A stretch of DNA of 63,516 bases, counting the filler, from Bipalium vagum (taxonomy: Eukaryota), in assembly GCA_037834085.1 (NCBI GenBank). It is 3 parts of 3 records of this genome, joined end to end, with 100 filler letters (N's around TTAATTAATTAA, not from the genome) between each part and the next. Parts side by side here need not be neighbours in the genome. Positions count along the whole stretch, not along the records: positions 22,008 to 38,189 come from JBBMKC010123555.1; 2 more parts are not named here. One strand, 5' to 3'. Below the pieces are notes generated by a model that saw only the letters and a list, made by a program, of their open reading frames with translations, was not told the DNA's origin and searched no databases. The position numbers and the translations under genes were made by a program. Below, one piece after another: positions 23,421 to 38,189 of this stretch (positions are counted from its first letter, which is position 1; the number at the start of each line of letters is the position of its first letter).

Positions 23421-26400
23421 TTTTTCATCTGCACTAGTAATTTAATTAATAAAAGAATAAGTAGGATCGGTTTTTGAAGTTTGTTTTAACAATTAAATAA
23501 TTGCAATTACATTAGATACATTCTTTAAATTTTGGTCTTATCTTTATATTAATTCAAATGATTGCACAGCAATGTAACTACTAACATTTCAAAAGAGGAA
23601 ACATTTTTAATTCATAACAGTTGTGAGATTTTCTTATTTTTCCTTAATTAATTAATGATAAAATAATGAAACATTGATAAAAACAAAATTTCCAGATTGG
23701 AATTTTAAGAGTATTAGTAGTCTGTCACCTGAAGAGCTGTTCTGAAAAGACACAAGAATAGCATTAGGAAATATAATGAAGAAGAATATTTGAAGTATCA
23801 TTCATTCAAACAATGACATATAGATATAAATCTTCATATTAATCAATAACCTAATCTCCTTGATTCACATTGTGAAAGGACTCTCACCTTTTATTTACCC
23901 TTTCGTAATTACCGGATAAGAATTTAAGGTTTTGTCACGAAGGAAAAAGAGAGTTCCTCAATTAGTTAATTGTATTGGGATTTTGAAGGGAGATGGGAAT
24001 TATTATAATTTCTCACGTATCCTTCCAAAGGTATAACATCAACACCAAATGCTCCCATCACATGGTTCCCTAATAACAATACATATATGTCTAAATATGC
24101 TTATCGTTCGGAATGAAAATTCCCCTTATAACGATTTTCGGAAGAGTTATATCCAGTCACAATTCCATGGATAATTAAAATTCTGATAAGCAATTTCCAA
24201 TAATTACCACAGTAATTATTTTTAATTATATATTGCATGGAATACGTTATTTTAATAGTATTTTTATTATTTTCTAATTTCGTTTGAAATAAAAAATAAA
24301 AGTAATGTTAAAAGGCTTTAAGAGTGTGGAAAATTTTTTATATTTTATTTGAACATTACCATTGGAGATTTACTAAATAAGTAAATAATAAATTAAAAAA
24401 AATATTTTAATAAAAAAAAATATTGGTGACAAAAAATTATATCTATATTGGAAATCGATTTTTGCTGTATTAATTTTTTAAAGAAATAATTCAAATTAAA
24501 TTATTTCATTGGTAAATACATAATGAATCAAAAAGTAAAGATACAAAGCGTTTAATTTTTTTCATAGATAAGCGGTAAAACCATAATACGTTTAAACTTG
24601 TTTGCTACAATATAATACGAAATATTGATCGTAGAAATATTGATTAAAGGAATATTTTTATATCAATTTTAGATAGAAAAATGGTACTAGTCTTAAAATG
24701 AAGTTCTTTTTAAAAAAATTGTTTAAATAATTTTTAGATCTTTTCTCGCCATTTTATCTACATTATATTTTACACGGTTTTCAACAAATAATTATTTCTT
24801 TGTTATAATAAAATTTTGAGAGATGTTTCGATCTGGTTTTTGTCAACTTTGCAATTCTTCCAACTTATTCATAATCATGAATTTTTATAATAAATTTATT
24901 AATATTGGATCAAAAAATTTTTAAAATTATTTCCAAAAATTAATTCATTTTGTTTAAATTAGAAACAAAAGATTCTTTAAAATTTTTTAATATTTTACAA
25001 ATCAATGATAATTTTTTCCAATTATAATTCTTTTTAATTAAATTAAATATAATATTGATTTAAAACATTAATCATCCATTAATTTCTGATTTTTTCATTG
25101 GATAAATTAATACCCTTCCAATCTTTTATCAACGATGAGTCATTAATTATTCTTTCTTTGGCACCAATGTCGACTAACAGCTAAATATTTTCTGACTTTA
25201 TTATTATTCTGAAAACATTGTTATTTGACGTCTTTGAATTATGAAATAGAAATTTTTTTTATTTTTATTATATTATTAATATACAGGTCAAGAACTCATG
25301 ACTTATGTTTTTATTTTTCAGATGCTTTTTACATATTTATTTATAAGAAAATATTTTTTTACGAATGACAATTATTAATTTTAATAAAAACGAAATTATC
25401 TATTATTATTATTATCATCATTATTAATATTAATATTTATTTGACATTAACTGTTTGATTACTAAATTTAATAAAACTAAAAAAAAGTCTTGAATGAAGG
25501 GTTGAAATTCTTTCAGAAAACCAAGATAGAAAGCTAAATATTGAAGTCCTCTCTGCTCAAATATTAATCGAGAATTTGTTAAGTAAAATTTAAAAGTTTT
25601 ATATTTCTTCTAAATTGATCTAAAATCTTTCCTTTTTGCAATTAATTTTCTTTAAATATCCATTAAATATCTTTGAAGTTTGTTCTTTTACGAGAATTTC
25701 CTTTCTTTTAAACAAATTGGTAAATGGCATCAAATATTTAAGAAAAATAAATAAATAATGTTTTCCCGATATTTTAGACTTTATATTTTTTGATTTTATA
25801 GTATTAAAATCTTTATCTTTAATAAAATAATAAAAATAACGTTCTAAAGGAAATCAATATTTGGTCAAAAAACGTTGAATATCTTAATAAAAACTTAATA
25901 AAATATCGGTTTTCAATTCATAATTGTAAGATCATTAAGAGTTACTCATGTTATCGAAAATCTGAAATATTCAAACAAATTTAGTCAAGCCATGGGGATC
26001 ATGTGCTAATATAAATAAAATATATTTTAAAAATGTTACATATAATAAAATTTATCATTATTTTAAGTAATAAAATGATTAATTTTTTATTGATTAACAC
26101 ATTATTATAATATTTTTAAATAATTAATTTTTACAATACTTATTATAATCAATTATTTGAAAGACAGTATTGACATTTAAATTATAAATAATCAGTATCT
26201 TAAATATTGTAATATTAATAAAGGCACTATAGTAAAATATACATATGATTTTAAAAACAAAAATTCCCATAGTCTGATTATTTTCCTTGTAAATTTCATT
26301 TAGTTAATTTACGAAAGTCTCTTAGTAAGAGTCAACATTGCTTTCCATTATGGTAACATATTAACAATAATGTTGGGTTTGTCCAGGAATACAACTCGAA

Positions 26401-26432
26401 TTGTTACTTATAAAGATGCAAAAGGCATCCGA

Positions 26433-26433
<1 letters not shown>

Positions 26434-26512
<79 letters not shown>
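26434..26512 (+). repeat. (AAT)n microsatellite, about 26 units
   Basis: Perfect AAT tandem array; explains the poly-Leu ORF 26361-26588. Confidence 0.98.
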
Positions 26513-26514
<2 letters not shown>

Positions 26515-28074
26515 GAAGAATATTCGAAATGATTTAGAAATTCCAAAATAATTTCGATTATGCTCAAAAACCATTTACAATACTCCAATTGTAAATTGTA
26601 GTTTAATTATGGATTGTTGACTCCAATAAAGTAAAATCAAGTAGTTCAAGTACTGTGAAAATTTAATACTTATTGAAAGATATTATTACTCCGAAAGGAT
26701 CAATAGTTAATGTACAACATTCGTTATTAATAATTTTGTAAATAATGTGTTTTATTCTTGTTATAATTTAAATATAATATAAATACTCTTTGTATTAACA
26801 AATCGGGTTTTTTATGGAATGGAGTAAGTGCATATATATGGAGACGAACCATCCATAATTTTCACCCCCAGATTTGCAATGAGTAAAAATATGTCGAAGA
26901 AAGAAGATAAGTTGGTTATTGAAGATATTTTTAATAGAAGAGGATAAAGTATTTATTATTTCATGTTTTTTATCTCGTGACCGGATTATGTTCAGATTTC
27001 ACAACAAGTGACTATATCTGAGTGAACCGTAGAGGCTCAACTAATTGTCCAGAGACCTGAAAAGGATGAAAGTGGTGTTTGTGGGTTGCCAATTTAATAA
27101 TTGATCGGAGTATTATTAATTGACATTTTGTGATCTGGTTATTCAATTGAGAATTTAGTGATCTTTTCGTATTAGCTGAACATTTTATTAATGACTTGAC
27201 AATTGATATTATTGTTATTCTATGTGTTGCTAATATATTTTGTTATAACCATGCGTTAATGCCTTACTGATCTTTGTTGATTACATCGACAAATAGTGCA
27301 CGCAGTCAGGTTGATTTTAAATCTTCAAATAATTAACAATAATAATTGATTTTTTCCATTCGTTTTTATATCATTGTACTGACAGTTGAGACAAAAGTGA
27401 ATGTAATTAAAAAATACATGGCTTAAGTTCTTGTTAAATGATGAAGGTTTTTGATGAAAAGTAGTTTCTTCTCAACTTTAGTTATTATATTATTATTATT
27501 ATATCAAAAAGAGAAATCTTTTCAAAAGACTTCTTAAATATTTTTAAAGTCAAGATCGAGTTCATCAAAGACGACTAAAATAGATTTTATTTCATTTCTA
27601 TCCTCTGTAACCAACCCTCATTATCAAACTAAGGCAAAATATGAAATATCTGATGAAATTAATTGAAGCGACTTTCATGGAAGAAACAGTAAAGGAAATA
27701 TTTTTAGAATGTAACGATTCCTCTTCTTAAACTTTTTAATTAATTTACTCATTTTTGCTTTTTGAGTTTTTTTTTGCGTCACAGCACTTCTCTAATTTTT
27801 ATTAATTTTTGTATGAAAAGTATCCTTTTTATATTTTTTATTGGTATATTTTATTTAAAAATGGTTTGCATTTATGCACGGAGTAATGGGACTGAAAAGA
27901 TTATTTTTCCTAAAATGGCTTTGTAATTCTTTTTTTATGCTTTCTAAAATATTTTTAATATAACACTACTTAGGTTCTTTATCCAAGATTATCACTATAT
28001 TTTCTACTAAAATCATTAGGGGGGTAAAAAATGAAGGTCGTTTTGTATTTATTTAGCTGAATAGATTTTAAAGT

Positions 28075-29290
28075 ATACACGGTGTGGTACAAAAGTGACC
28101 AAACGTTTGATTCAAATCATAAAAATTTCATTTGTTTAAATAATCTTTAATTTAAAGTTACATCACTCATCTCTGAAAATCATCAAATCATTTATTTCAT
28201 TCGGATAACAGGTTTAAATTCTTTTTGCAATTAAATAAAGGTATATATGTCATGTTTATGTCATAGATTTACAGTGGAACAAAGAAAAAATATTAAATTT
28301 TCTTTTAAAAATAGAAACATTTTTACAGAGACTTATGAATTGCAGAAAAACGTTTATGGTGATGATCGCATGCCTCGTACACAAGTTTATACATGGTTTA
28401 CACGATTTCAAAGTGGTCGTGATGATTTAAATGACGTTGAAAAGCCTGGACGTCCGAATGCTGAAAATCGTACACATTTGGTGGGAAAAGTACGTGAAAT
28501 CATTGGTTCTGATGGTAAATGGTTGTGAAAATGTTAGCAGATGAATTAAATTCAAGTGTCTTTACCATTTGGACAATATTAATGAAAGATTTGAGTAAAA
28601 GAAAAGTTTGTCAAAAGTTTGTGTTCCATGTATTAGACGAAGACCAAAAAATAGCTCGTGTTGAATATTGTAAAGATCTCCTCAACAATGTTGAAAACAA
28701 TCCAGAGTATATTGACTCAATTATAACTGGTGATGAAACATAGTGTTTCAAATATGATCCACAAACCAAGCGTCAAATTAGTGATTAAAAGTCAATAGAT
28801 AAGCCGAAACCCAAAAAATATCTTTTTCAAAAATCAAGAATTAAGACAATGCTTCTTATCTTTTATGACTCAAAAGGTAGTCCATAAGGAATTTGTTCCA
28901 AAATGTCAAACTGATAATCGGAATATATATTATTTAAATGTTTTACATCGTTTGTGGTCGAGATTTGCTCGAGTCATACCGAAATATGAAGAAGAAAAGC
29001 AGTTGTTATTATATGATAAAGTCCCACCCCACAAGACCTTAAAAGTTTTTGAATTTTTCATATTCAACAGATTTATCACCTTGCGATTATTTACCATTCT
29101 AAAACTAAAATTATCATTGAAAGGTTTTTTATGATGATGTTCAAGCTATTCAAGCAGCCGTGACACAAGTGTTCAAAAAAATTCTTTTAAATGACTTTGA
29201 AAAATCTAAGCATGCACTTGCTGACCATCAAATCCGATGGAACCTTTTTAAAATAATTATAAAATTTCATAGATGATTTAATGTGTATTT
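28075..29290 (+). mobile_element. Decayed mariner element
   Basis: ORF fragments VYGDDRMPRTQVYTWFTRFQSGR..KPGRP, RKVCQKFVFHVL, IITGDET, VVHKEFVP, LLYDKVPPH. Confidence 0.9.
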
Positions 29291-29879
29291 GACTGTGAAT
29301 CAATAGAGTTCGGTTATTTATATAACATGATGTGTATGTTGTGTAAATAATAAATATTATAGTACTATTCAAAGGTTTATATTTCATTAAAATTTTTTAT
29401 AAAATTTTTATAAAACTCACCAAACCTGTTGCCAACAGTTTTTCATTTTTAAGCGCTTAAGCAACTTTCCTCTCAACAGGTAGTTTAAGAATCAAGCCGA
29501 CGCCGAAACAACCTTCGATGAGCTCATACCTACAGAGGCAAAGACTTAAATAATCGTTTGCAGAAATGCAATGTTTCTCATTGGTTAATTTCTTTAATAA
29601 AGTTTATTTTTAGCTGAGTTATGAATTTTCCTTTTATATTTTATATTCATTATATAAACCCTACTCGATAAATGAACCACAATTAATAAAATAATTTTAA
29701 TTGAAGAATTTTAAAATATAGTCCTTAAATAATCCATAACAATTAAAAGATTTGTTATTAAATTAATTAATAAATCAATATTATTTGTTTTAAAATAAAA
29801 TGTAATTAACATAACATTTAAAAGGTTCATAAAAGAGTTAATCATTGGAGCTCAGAAAAATTTTAACAGATTTCTATAA

Positions 29880-30310
29880 CACGAGAAAATTGTAATTGTG
29901 AATGGTCAGAAAATGCAAGTCTGATTGTAGATGTGAAGTTTGAAACACAGAAAGAAAACGATTTAGCTTATGGAAGTATCCAATCATTTCCGAAATCAAA
30001 GATATTTATGACTTGATTGCTGAACATCGGACATTGTCTTTAGTTGTCCAGAGGACAGATATTCAAACCATTGCAATCCAGATGGGGAATGCATACAATT
30101 TATGTTTTAAAGCATCACAAAACTGGTTGACTAAGTTTTTGAAGCATTGTCTTACAGAAAATCAATTACACTCCTCAAACAGAAGATTCAAGATCGTAAA
30201 GAGAGTATTTTTTTTAAAAAGATTATTAAGAAAAATTAAAATTGACTGAGAATTTACTTATCAATGACATGGTAATGGACGAAACCTCGACTACATGGAA
30301 GATTCTTCAA
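29880..30310 (+). mobile_element. Pogo-like transposase fragment
   Basis: FKASQNWLTKFLK (CENP-B HTH end) followed by MDET. Confidence 0.6.
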
Positions 30311-31480
30311 GTACAGTTTTATTTATAAATAGAAACTTATCTCGATTAGAATACCTCGTTTGGATTTCTGTTTTAAAAAAAAATTATATTATAAAAATTA
30401 TTTTTATAATTATAAACAAAGACTGGTTAAGATTTAAAAGTACACATTTTGTATATGTATTTGTCCAATACTTGAATATTAAAATATTCGGACATGATTT
30501 AAAACGGTGGAGAATAAAGTTTTTGTAAGGATTGTTATTTGAAGGTTTTGAAGAGGTAAGGATAATAATAGTAATATTGATAATAATAATAATAATAATA
30601 ATACTTTTCCATTAAATAAATAAATATTTTCCATCGTATCACGTTATAAAGACTATAAGTATTTGTGTTACGCATTCATGAATACACAATTATATATTTG
30701 TTACAAAAAGATCTTTCAGCTCCTTCGCCGATTACCACTTCGGTAACAGAAAAATTAAAAATTATGTAAACAATTAATTATGTATACAGAAGACCAACTC
30801 AAAACGTAACAAAAAATAACGATTTCCGCATGTTTTGGTGATAGAATCATTCTCTCCACAAATGAGTACACTGTAATGGGAACAATTGATAAGAACTGAG
30901 TTTTAATAATAATAATAAATAATAATAGTAATAATAATAAAATACAAGATATGGTATTATGAAAATTCATAAAGGAAATATTTGTTTAAAAAAGTCCTTA
31001 AATAAATCTCATTTTTTCACTATAAATTTAAACAAAACGAAATAAATAAAATTTAAAATATGTGAAAATCATAAATCAATAGAAAAAAGAAATGACGATT
31101 TCTAAAAAAAAATGATGAAAATTGAATGTATTTTTATTTTAAGCGTTTCAATTATAATTTTTATTTATTTTTATTGCCTTTAACAAAATTTAATCTTTTT
31201 GTTAAGTTAAATTGAACGGCGATTTTCCAATCTGTCAATTATCTAAAAATAATTAAAATTTAATGAAACTTGAATTATTTTTAATAAACGAAAATTAGAA
31301 AAATTATATTTTAATTTTACAAATAACAACTTTCAAATAATATTATTAATATTATTATTATTATTGTGATTTTTTTTAATTTTAATTATTTTTATCATTT
31401 TTCTTTTATTTTTATTTATTTATTATTATTATTCTATTAGTTATTAATTATTAATTAATATTTTATTATTTATTATTTAC

Positions 31481-31590
31481 TATTAATTATTAATTATTAA
31501 TTATTAATTATTAATTATTAATTATTAATTATTAATTATTAATTATTTATTATTTACTATTTATTATTAATTATTAATTATTTATTATTG

Positions 31591-31633
<43 letters not shown>
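31481..31633. repeat. (TATTAAT)n heptamer array followed by (ATT)n
   Basis: About 9 perfect 7-bp units at 31481-31546, then an ATT tract to about 31633. Confidence 0.9.
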
Positions 31634-32259
31634 TAATTTTAATTAATTATCTTTATAAGCGAAAAGATTATCAGATAGTAATATCGGAATGCGTGGAATC
31701 TGGTAAAAGTTGGATTTGATTCATATCAATTATCAGAAAAATAATTATAAAATTTAAATGAGATTTTTGCAGAAAGTTTTCTTTCCGATTTTTATAAAAT
31801 AATTTTCCAAAATTCGATAAGCGAAATCCAATTATGGCATCACTGATGAAGCTGTGGTTATTTTTTGAAGATTTTCGAAAAAATGTAGAATAGAAATTTA
31901 TTTTTAATAATTTTTTTATTTTCATAAATTGTTCGTCTTTTTTCTTTTTCACTGTTCTTATGTTTTGGTTGTCCGGAAATTGAAACAGTTAACAAATATT
32001 TTACTGAAAATTAACACCTTTTCCATGGTAATCGTTTAGTTAAGCGCTGGCAAATATTTAAGGGTCTGAAATATCTTCTCTCACATTTTTATATTTATTT
32101 TAGTTCCAATTTTATCAGCCATGACCGCATTAAGTCAAGTGTTCAAACTTTGATTATCGATTTCAGTTTTTCTTTCATAAAATGCAGATTTTATTTCAAT
32201 ATTTTAGTTTTATTTATTTTACGCCGTATCAATATTAAATCGCTTAACTGAAGAATTAC

Positions 32260-32570
32260 CTTATAAATTATCTATTCACTGTAATTATCCAATGATTTTC
32301 AACCATCTTCATTCAAAATGTTTTACGCCATCCTCGAAGAATCTAATTCAACAAGAGTATTTTTCTAATGCTTTCAAATGGTAGCTGTTGGAATCCTTGA
32401 CGACAAACGATTTGTCTTTCGAACTAATCTATTCATTGAGCGATTTTCTATTTCTTCATAATTCTTGAAGTGTTCTCCCAAAGCATGTGTGTCTTCAACC
32501 TAAACAAATGATAATCACTTTAAGAAATTTCCTGTGAATACGGCCGATCAATACAAGATCAAGATTAAAC
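32260..32570 (-). mobile_element. Mariner C-terminal remnants
   Basis: Minus strand SDYHLFR...HALGEHFKNYEEIEN and FFEDGVKHFE.RWLKIIG. Confidence 0.6.
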
Positions 32571-33218
32571 AAAAAAATTATTTATTATCGAATTTTGATT
32601 TTTTCTGATTTTACATGTTCTTCTGAGACCATAATAATGGAACATTCATATTAATTATCAATTTATTTTTATTTTTATAATTATAAAAAAAGATTAATTA
32701 TTAATTAATTATTGATAATTATTATTGTTAAGATTTTTAATTACACATTAGGTAATATTGTTTTTTGTTTGATATTTTATTAAATTTTAAAATAAAAATT
32801 TCTTAGTGGGTAAATTTTAAATCTTTTGAGTAAAATAATTAGTGCAAAAGATTGAATTATGACGAATTTAATTTATAAAATTTGTAATTTAAAATGTGTT
32901 TAATTATTTTTAAAAATATAATTTCTTAATTAATCATTATTATTTATATTTTGTAAGTAATCTAAGCACATTATAAATTAAATAATAAAATAAAATAAAA
33001 TTAAAAATAATCAATAATTAAATCAATAATTAAATTTTTAAAGTGCTCAATATATAAAATGTATTAAAATTTAGAATATGTTTGGTTTTTAACCCACTTG
33101 GGTTAGATAAAATACTTGATCAAGTGCAGTAGGATAAGATAAAACCTAATGGGCCTAAAAATTTGTCATCAAGGGATTAAGAAAAATATTATATAAACTC
33201 TTATGCCTGAAAATATTT

Positions 33219-33560
33219 TTGATCTTAGTCAACAATAGAAGAGCCCTCTTAGCCACTTTGTTACCCATTATAAGAACCGTGGTTAGAAAAGGATCATGTA
33301 TAATGAGTGATGACTGGAAAGCCTATTGTCAACTGGCTAAAGATAAAAATTTTACTCATCACGCAGTCATTCACAAACATAATTTTGTGAACAAAGAAAC
33401 CGGTCCTAATACCCAGTGAATTAAATCTATCTAAGGAACATTAAAAAGCAAAAAAAAATGTCTGAGGGTAAAATATGGAACGGTAATAAAGTTTTACGTG
33501 ACCGAATGGACTTGGAGGCGAAATTTTCGTAAGAGAAATCCCAATGCAATATTTGATTGA
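33219..33560 (+). mobile_element. Merlin (IS1595/ISXO2-like) transposase fragment
   Basis: TLLPIIRTVVRKGSCIMSDDWKAYCQL...HHAVIHKHNFVNKETGPNTQ matches the IS1595/Merlin signature GSxIxSDxWxAYxxL...HxxVNHxxNFV...TGxxTQ. Confidence 0.88.
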
Positions 33561-35019
33561 TTAAATAAATTTGATTAATAAATTGCTTTTATCTTTTTAA
33601 TTGTCTTTCTATTGATTTAATTCATTTTGTATGTTTATTTTTTTGTAAAATTTTTATGAATTGAAAAAAATATGAGTTGAAAATTAAACATGATCCTAAA
33701 ATTTTTACAATAAAGGCACATTATATGTTAATTTATTAACTTTACATATTTGTTTAAATATTATTATTTATCTGAAATCAATAAAATACTATGTCTGAAT
33801 CTGTTGATATCACAGCTAACTTAATAAAATTATCATTAATTTTATTATTAATTTATATATTAAATATAATATTACATAATAAAAAAAACTTTTTAATTAT
33901 TGATTATTTATTTAATAAATTGGTAAATCAAGAACGTTATTACTTTAAATTGATTTATTACTTTAGTTACGTTAAATACAAGGAACCCCTAATACTTTAA
34001 ATTCAATGATTATGATTTTTATTTATTTATTTTATATATTCCCAGATAAGAATAATAATTAAAAGAAGTCTTCTATTCCTTGTTCGTCAGTCTGAAAAGG
34101 AAGGATGTGTCTATATGATGTATTAAAGATGAAATTAATTGTTTTATTTCATGTTATTTCTCTTCACTCATCGTTCGTTGTCAGATGAAATTAAGGACTC
34201 ACAATTTTACCATGTTCAGCGAAGACGAGTTTTAGGCTTTGTATATACCTGATACTTGAAATATCTCAACAAACCCAGGCCTCTTAGCTGATACGATGGT
34301 CCAGTGTAATGTAAATGCAAATTTTATTTCCTTTCTGAACGAAAAAACCAACAAAAATGTCTTGGTATCATTTTTGAAATTTAATTTTTTATTGTTTTAA
34401 TGCGAAATTTTTCTCTTTTGAAAAAAGGTTCAATGCCCCTGAGGAAATGGAGATGAATTTATATTTCAATCATATGCTATCATAAAGTGTACTTCATTTC
34501 TCCAGACGGGATTCTAACCTTTGGAAAATCTTTTCAATTAGGCTTTTAGAATGATATCGACGATATGAGAAAATATAAAAGAGATAATCACATTTTTAAT
34601 TCACCATTCAAAAGGGAATATTTTATTTTATATTTTTATGAAAAAAAAATATTGCATGTCATAATTATCCTGTGTCATGGCGTCATGGTGGTTTACAAGA
34701 TACATATTACCTCTAAAGACTGTCAGTGATAATTTCACTCTTTCACCAAACTCGTCTAATTAGATGGTACGAAATATCCAATTTGGAGGAAGCAAATAAA
34801 TCATACCATGACCTGATCCTGTAATTCATTTCTGATTGTTTGAAATAATACATTTATCTTTACATAAAATGTAATAAATTTTATTCAGATCTCGCTGAAA
34901 AAGCGTCAGAAAAAATGTCTCTGTAAGGAAATTGATTTTGTAGTGTAATCCGTATGTTTATTATAACAAGTTAAAAGTACAATTAAAAAAAAATTAATAA
35001 ATAAATAATAATAATGTAA

Positions 35020-35990
35020 TATTGGGTTAGGAAATAAGTTCGTGCTCTCTTTTATTAGAAAACCATATTTTTATTAAAATTATAAATCAATATTAATCAT
35101 TATTATGAATGACCAATTAAAATCTTTCAACTAACGTCATTATTCCAAGTTTGTAGCAGTCAGTAATTTATTGACAGAAATCAGTGGAGTACTTATCATT
35201 AAATGTTTTCCAGACTGAAACATATGGTAATCAGTAAGATCCGAGTTCGGTGAGTACGAAAGATGTGGCTAAACAAAGTCAACAATTTGTTTCTAGTGAC
35301 CTATGATATATAAAATAGCGTTTTGAATAAAATTTTGTTTTGCATTGTTCAACTTGATTAACTGCGAGTAGTACAGAAATAATCGTTTGGCCAATGGTAA
35401 CAGGTTATACTAAATGATACTTTTAAGCATAAATCATAATCTTCTAAGAATGTGATCGTGACTTTAAAGACGACAAAACAACCTTTTACAGACAACATTG
35501 TCGTAAAATAGTCATTTTTCATCATTGGTGATGACTTGTTTCCAGGATAGACAAGTTTCAACGTCAAATTGCATATTGAAACACCTTCAAATAAATTGAC
35601 CTTTATTGACTTTTGTGGGAATAACAAAAATCCCAGTGCACTCAGATGATTTCCTATGCTTGTATGAGATATATTTAGTATCAACAAAAGTTCCTCATTC
35701 TTGTAGGATGAATTATACTTGATAGTTTCGAGATTATTTGAGTCACTCTCAACTGAGTGACACTGGTGGGAACCTAATTTATGTTGAAATTCAGCAATTT
35801 TTTAGAATTATGCTCGACATTTGATATCGATTAATGAATGCGTTTAGACAGACTCAGTAAAATTTTTTGTAAATTTTTAAATATAAGTGAAAAAGAAAAC
35901 TCAAAATAAAAAAAATACGATTTCCTTTATTTTTATATTTCTCTAATATTTCTGTTAATCAACTATATATCGGTATTTCTACAAATATAC
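35020..35990 (-). mobile_element. Heavily decayed mariner element
   Basis: TIR TA|TTGGGTTAGGAAATAAGTTCGTGC; minus-strand remnants LNISHTSIGNHL, VITNDEK and an SPDL..TDYH-like segment. Confidence 0.7.
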
Positions 35991-36871
35991 ACCTAATTTT
36001 TAGGTAAAATCTAAGCAAAGTGCCAGAATGGATTTGATATTATCTGAAAAGACATATGATTACTTTTTCAAACAATTTTGAAAAGGACGAGACAGATAAT
36101 TAATAAGTAGTCACCCGATGAAGTAATATCACGAAAAAAGGATAGTGATTAAAAAATCCCAAATAAGTCTGTCTTCCATCGGTTTTGATTATAATGTACT
36201 GGTTTTGTAATCTTTTGTGATGTAAAACATCATTTGAATTTGGGAAAATGGAATGATATTTTGATATATTAATGTTAAGCATGTCAGTGGATCGTAGTAA
36301 TAATTGTATGAAAACCGAGGAAATAAACTTGTTGTCAGTCAATTTTGTATGGAAATATATTTTATTTAAATCGATAAATTTTTAGAAGCGACATAAAAGT
36401 TGGTTTTGTTTAAATAAATAACTGGTGGAAAATATTTTAAATGTAAGTATAATTGTATGTTTGAAAAGTGATTTAATTCGATGCTATTATGACAATAGAA
36501 ACTCCCACACAGCTGAAATTATGGAAATAAAGCGCCAAATAAATTTAGTTTGGGACCCATATTTAGCATAAAGGTTCAAAAATTGTTTTTGAATATCAAT
36601 TAATAAAAAATGTTTTTCCTCTTCTAAAAGGCTGAGTCGAACCAACTATTTGACCTCAAATCTGTATCATATTGCAGCTTCCTCAGGACACATTAGAAAT
36701 CCACCTTTCAATTGTTGATTTTTTATATCCCCAACATAGACTAGTTCGTTCATTAAGAAAGCTGCTGGTACGATGTTATATCGCCTATCTCTTCCGTTTT
36801 TAAAAATTATAATTCCAATATACCTTGAGTAATTTCCCGAATCTGTTAGCTTTGCTTATGCGCCTAACAAT

Positions 36872-37900
36872 ATACAGCCTGATACATTAAATTGTCCAGT
36901 AAAAAAATTACAACATTTATATTATATGTATATTATATTTATATACAGAAAACAATATATTGTTAATATTTGTTATATCCTCCAGTTGCATTGATTATTG
37001 CGAAAAGCCTTCGCTCCATAAAATCTACAAGGCTGGGCCGGTAATTCTCTTCTCCCATGAGAGTGGTCCACAAATCCTGACACTTGCTGAACAGGGCCTC
37101 AGGTGTAGTTGGCTTTATTAGCATATGATTAAGCTGGTGTTTCATGCGCCCCACACATTTTCGATGGGGTTAGCATCGGGACTGATTGCTAGCCACAGCA
37201 GAAGAGGTAAGTCATGATTATCGAACAAATCTCTTGTAAATTTGGCAGTATGGATTGGTGCATTGTCTTGCTGATAGAATCCTATGTTGTTCATTTGATC
37301 GACGAAAAGAAGAAGGTTCTGTTCTAATAGCTCAACATATCCTCCAGAATTAAGCCGCTGTTGAATTCTAACCAAATTACTGTAACCAAGCCGATCCTGC
37401 AGTTTAGTGCTTTTCCTATGCCATACAAACTGTTGTCTATTATTCATCTGGAACTTGGATTCATCACTGAAGTTGATTGCTGACCAGATTGTTTGGCGAT
37501 GCTGTTGTGCCCACAATAAATGCTCTGCTTTGTGAGCCTCTGAAAGGAAGAGCTTGTGTGTTGGAGAAAAAGAAAGAAACCAATATCCTTCAAACGGCGA
37601 TTAATCGTGCCATATGGCACTTTGGATTGAAGGCCACATGTTCCTTTATGTTGGGAATTAAATGCTTTGAATTCCATTTGTTTTCAAATAAAGCGACAAG
37701 AGGAGATCTGAGCTGCAGATCATAATCATCCACATATCCGGTGACCTGACGTTTTTTATTTGGTATTTTTGTCTACCAAATTTAGGATTTTTGATTTGAA
37801 CCACAAATTCAAAGTTCTCCAGTTTTCCTGCAAGAATATTGGTGCTCATAATAATCGCCCACAATGATTTCTTGACAAGAGTCATACCAACAAAACATTC
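36872..37900 (-). mobile_element. Decayed Tc1 (DD34E) element
   Basis: FSDESKF, FYQQDNAPIH, SPDANPIENVW, LVDFMERRLFAIINATGGYNKY; end TA|CAGCCTGATACATTAAATTGTCCA. Confidence 0.9.
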
Positions 37901-38189
37901 ATATTAAAGTATTATGAAACATAAAAATTATCAATCTGGGCCTAAGATGAATCGTCAAATCAAATTGTTCATTTTTTCTAACATTTCCAAAAGGCTTACT
38001 TCACTGTCAAGTTGTCCACACTTAAACTGTATTGTTTACTGTTAACAGTAAAACAAATATAATCATTTTGCTTTTGGTGCATAAATGCCACCAAATATTT
38101 TTTGAAATATTTTTCGAAACAGTCATAGCTGAAACGCCTACCTTACGGCTAATTTCTCGAACAGTGGTACGTGGATCACTCTCAACCAG

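Noticed and set aside
23880-24180. Exon-like island with in-frame TAA, raising the idea of stop-codon reassignment
   Set aside because: The clear genes end at TAA/TAG and have no internal stops; the island is more simply non-coding or decayed
26361-26588. Poly-Leu ORF (and poly-Tyr/Ile ORFs such as 41143-41325)
   Set aside because: Translation of (AAT)n microsatellites
34045-34260. FLVRQSE segment reminiscent of an SH2 FLVRES motif
   Set aside because: No other SH2 elements and candidate splicing leads to stops
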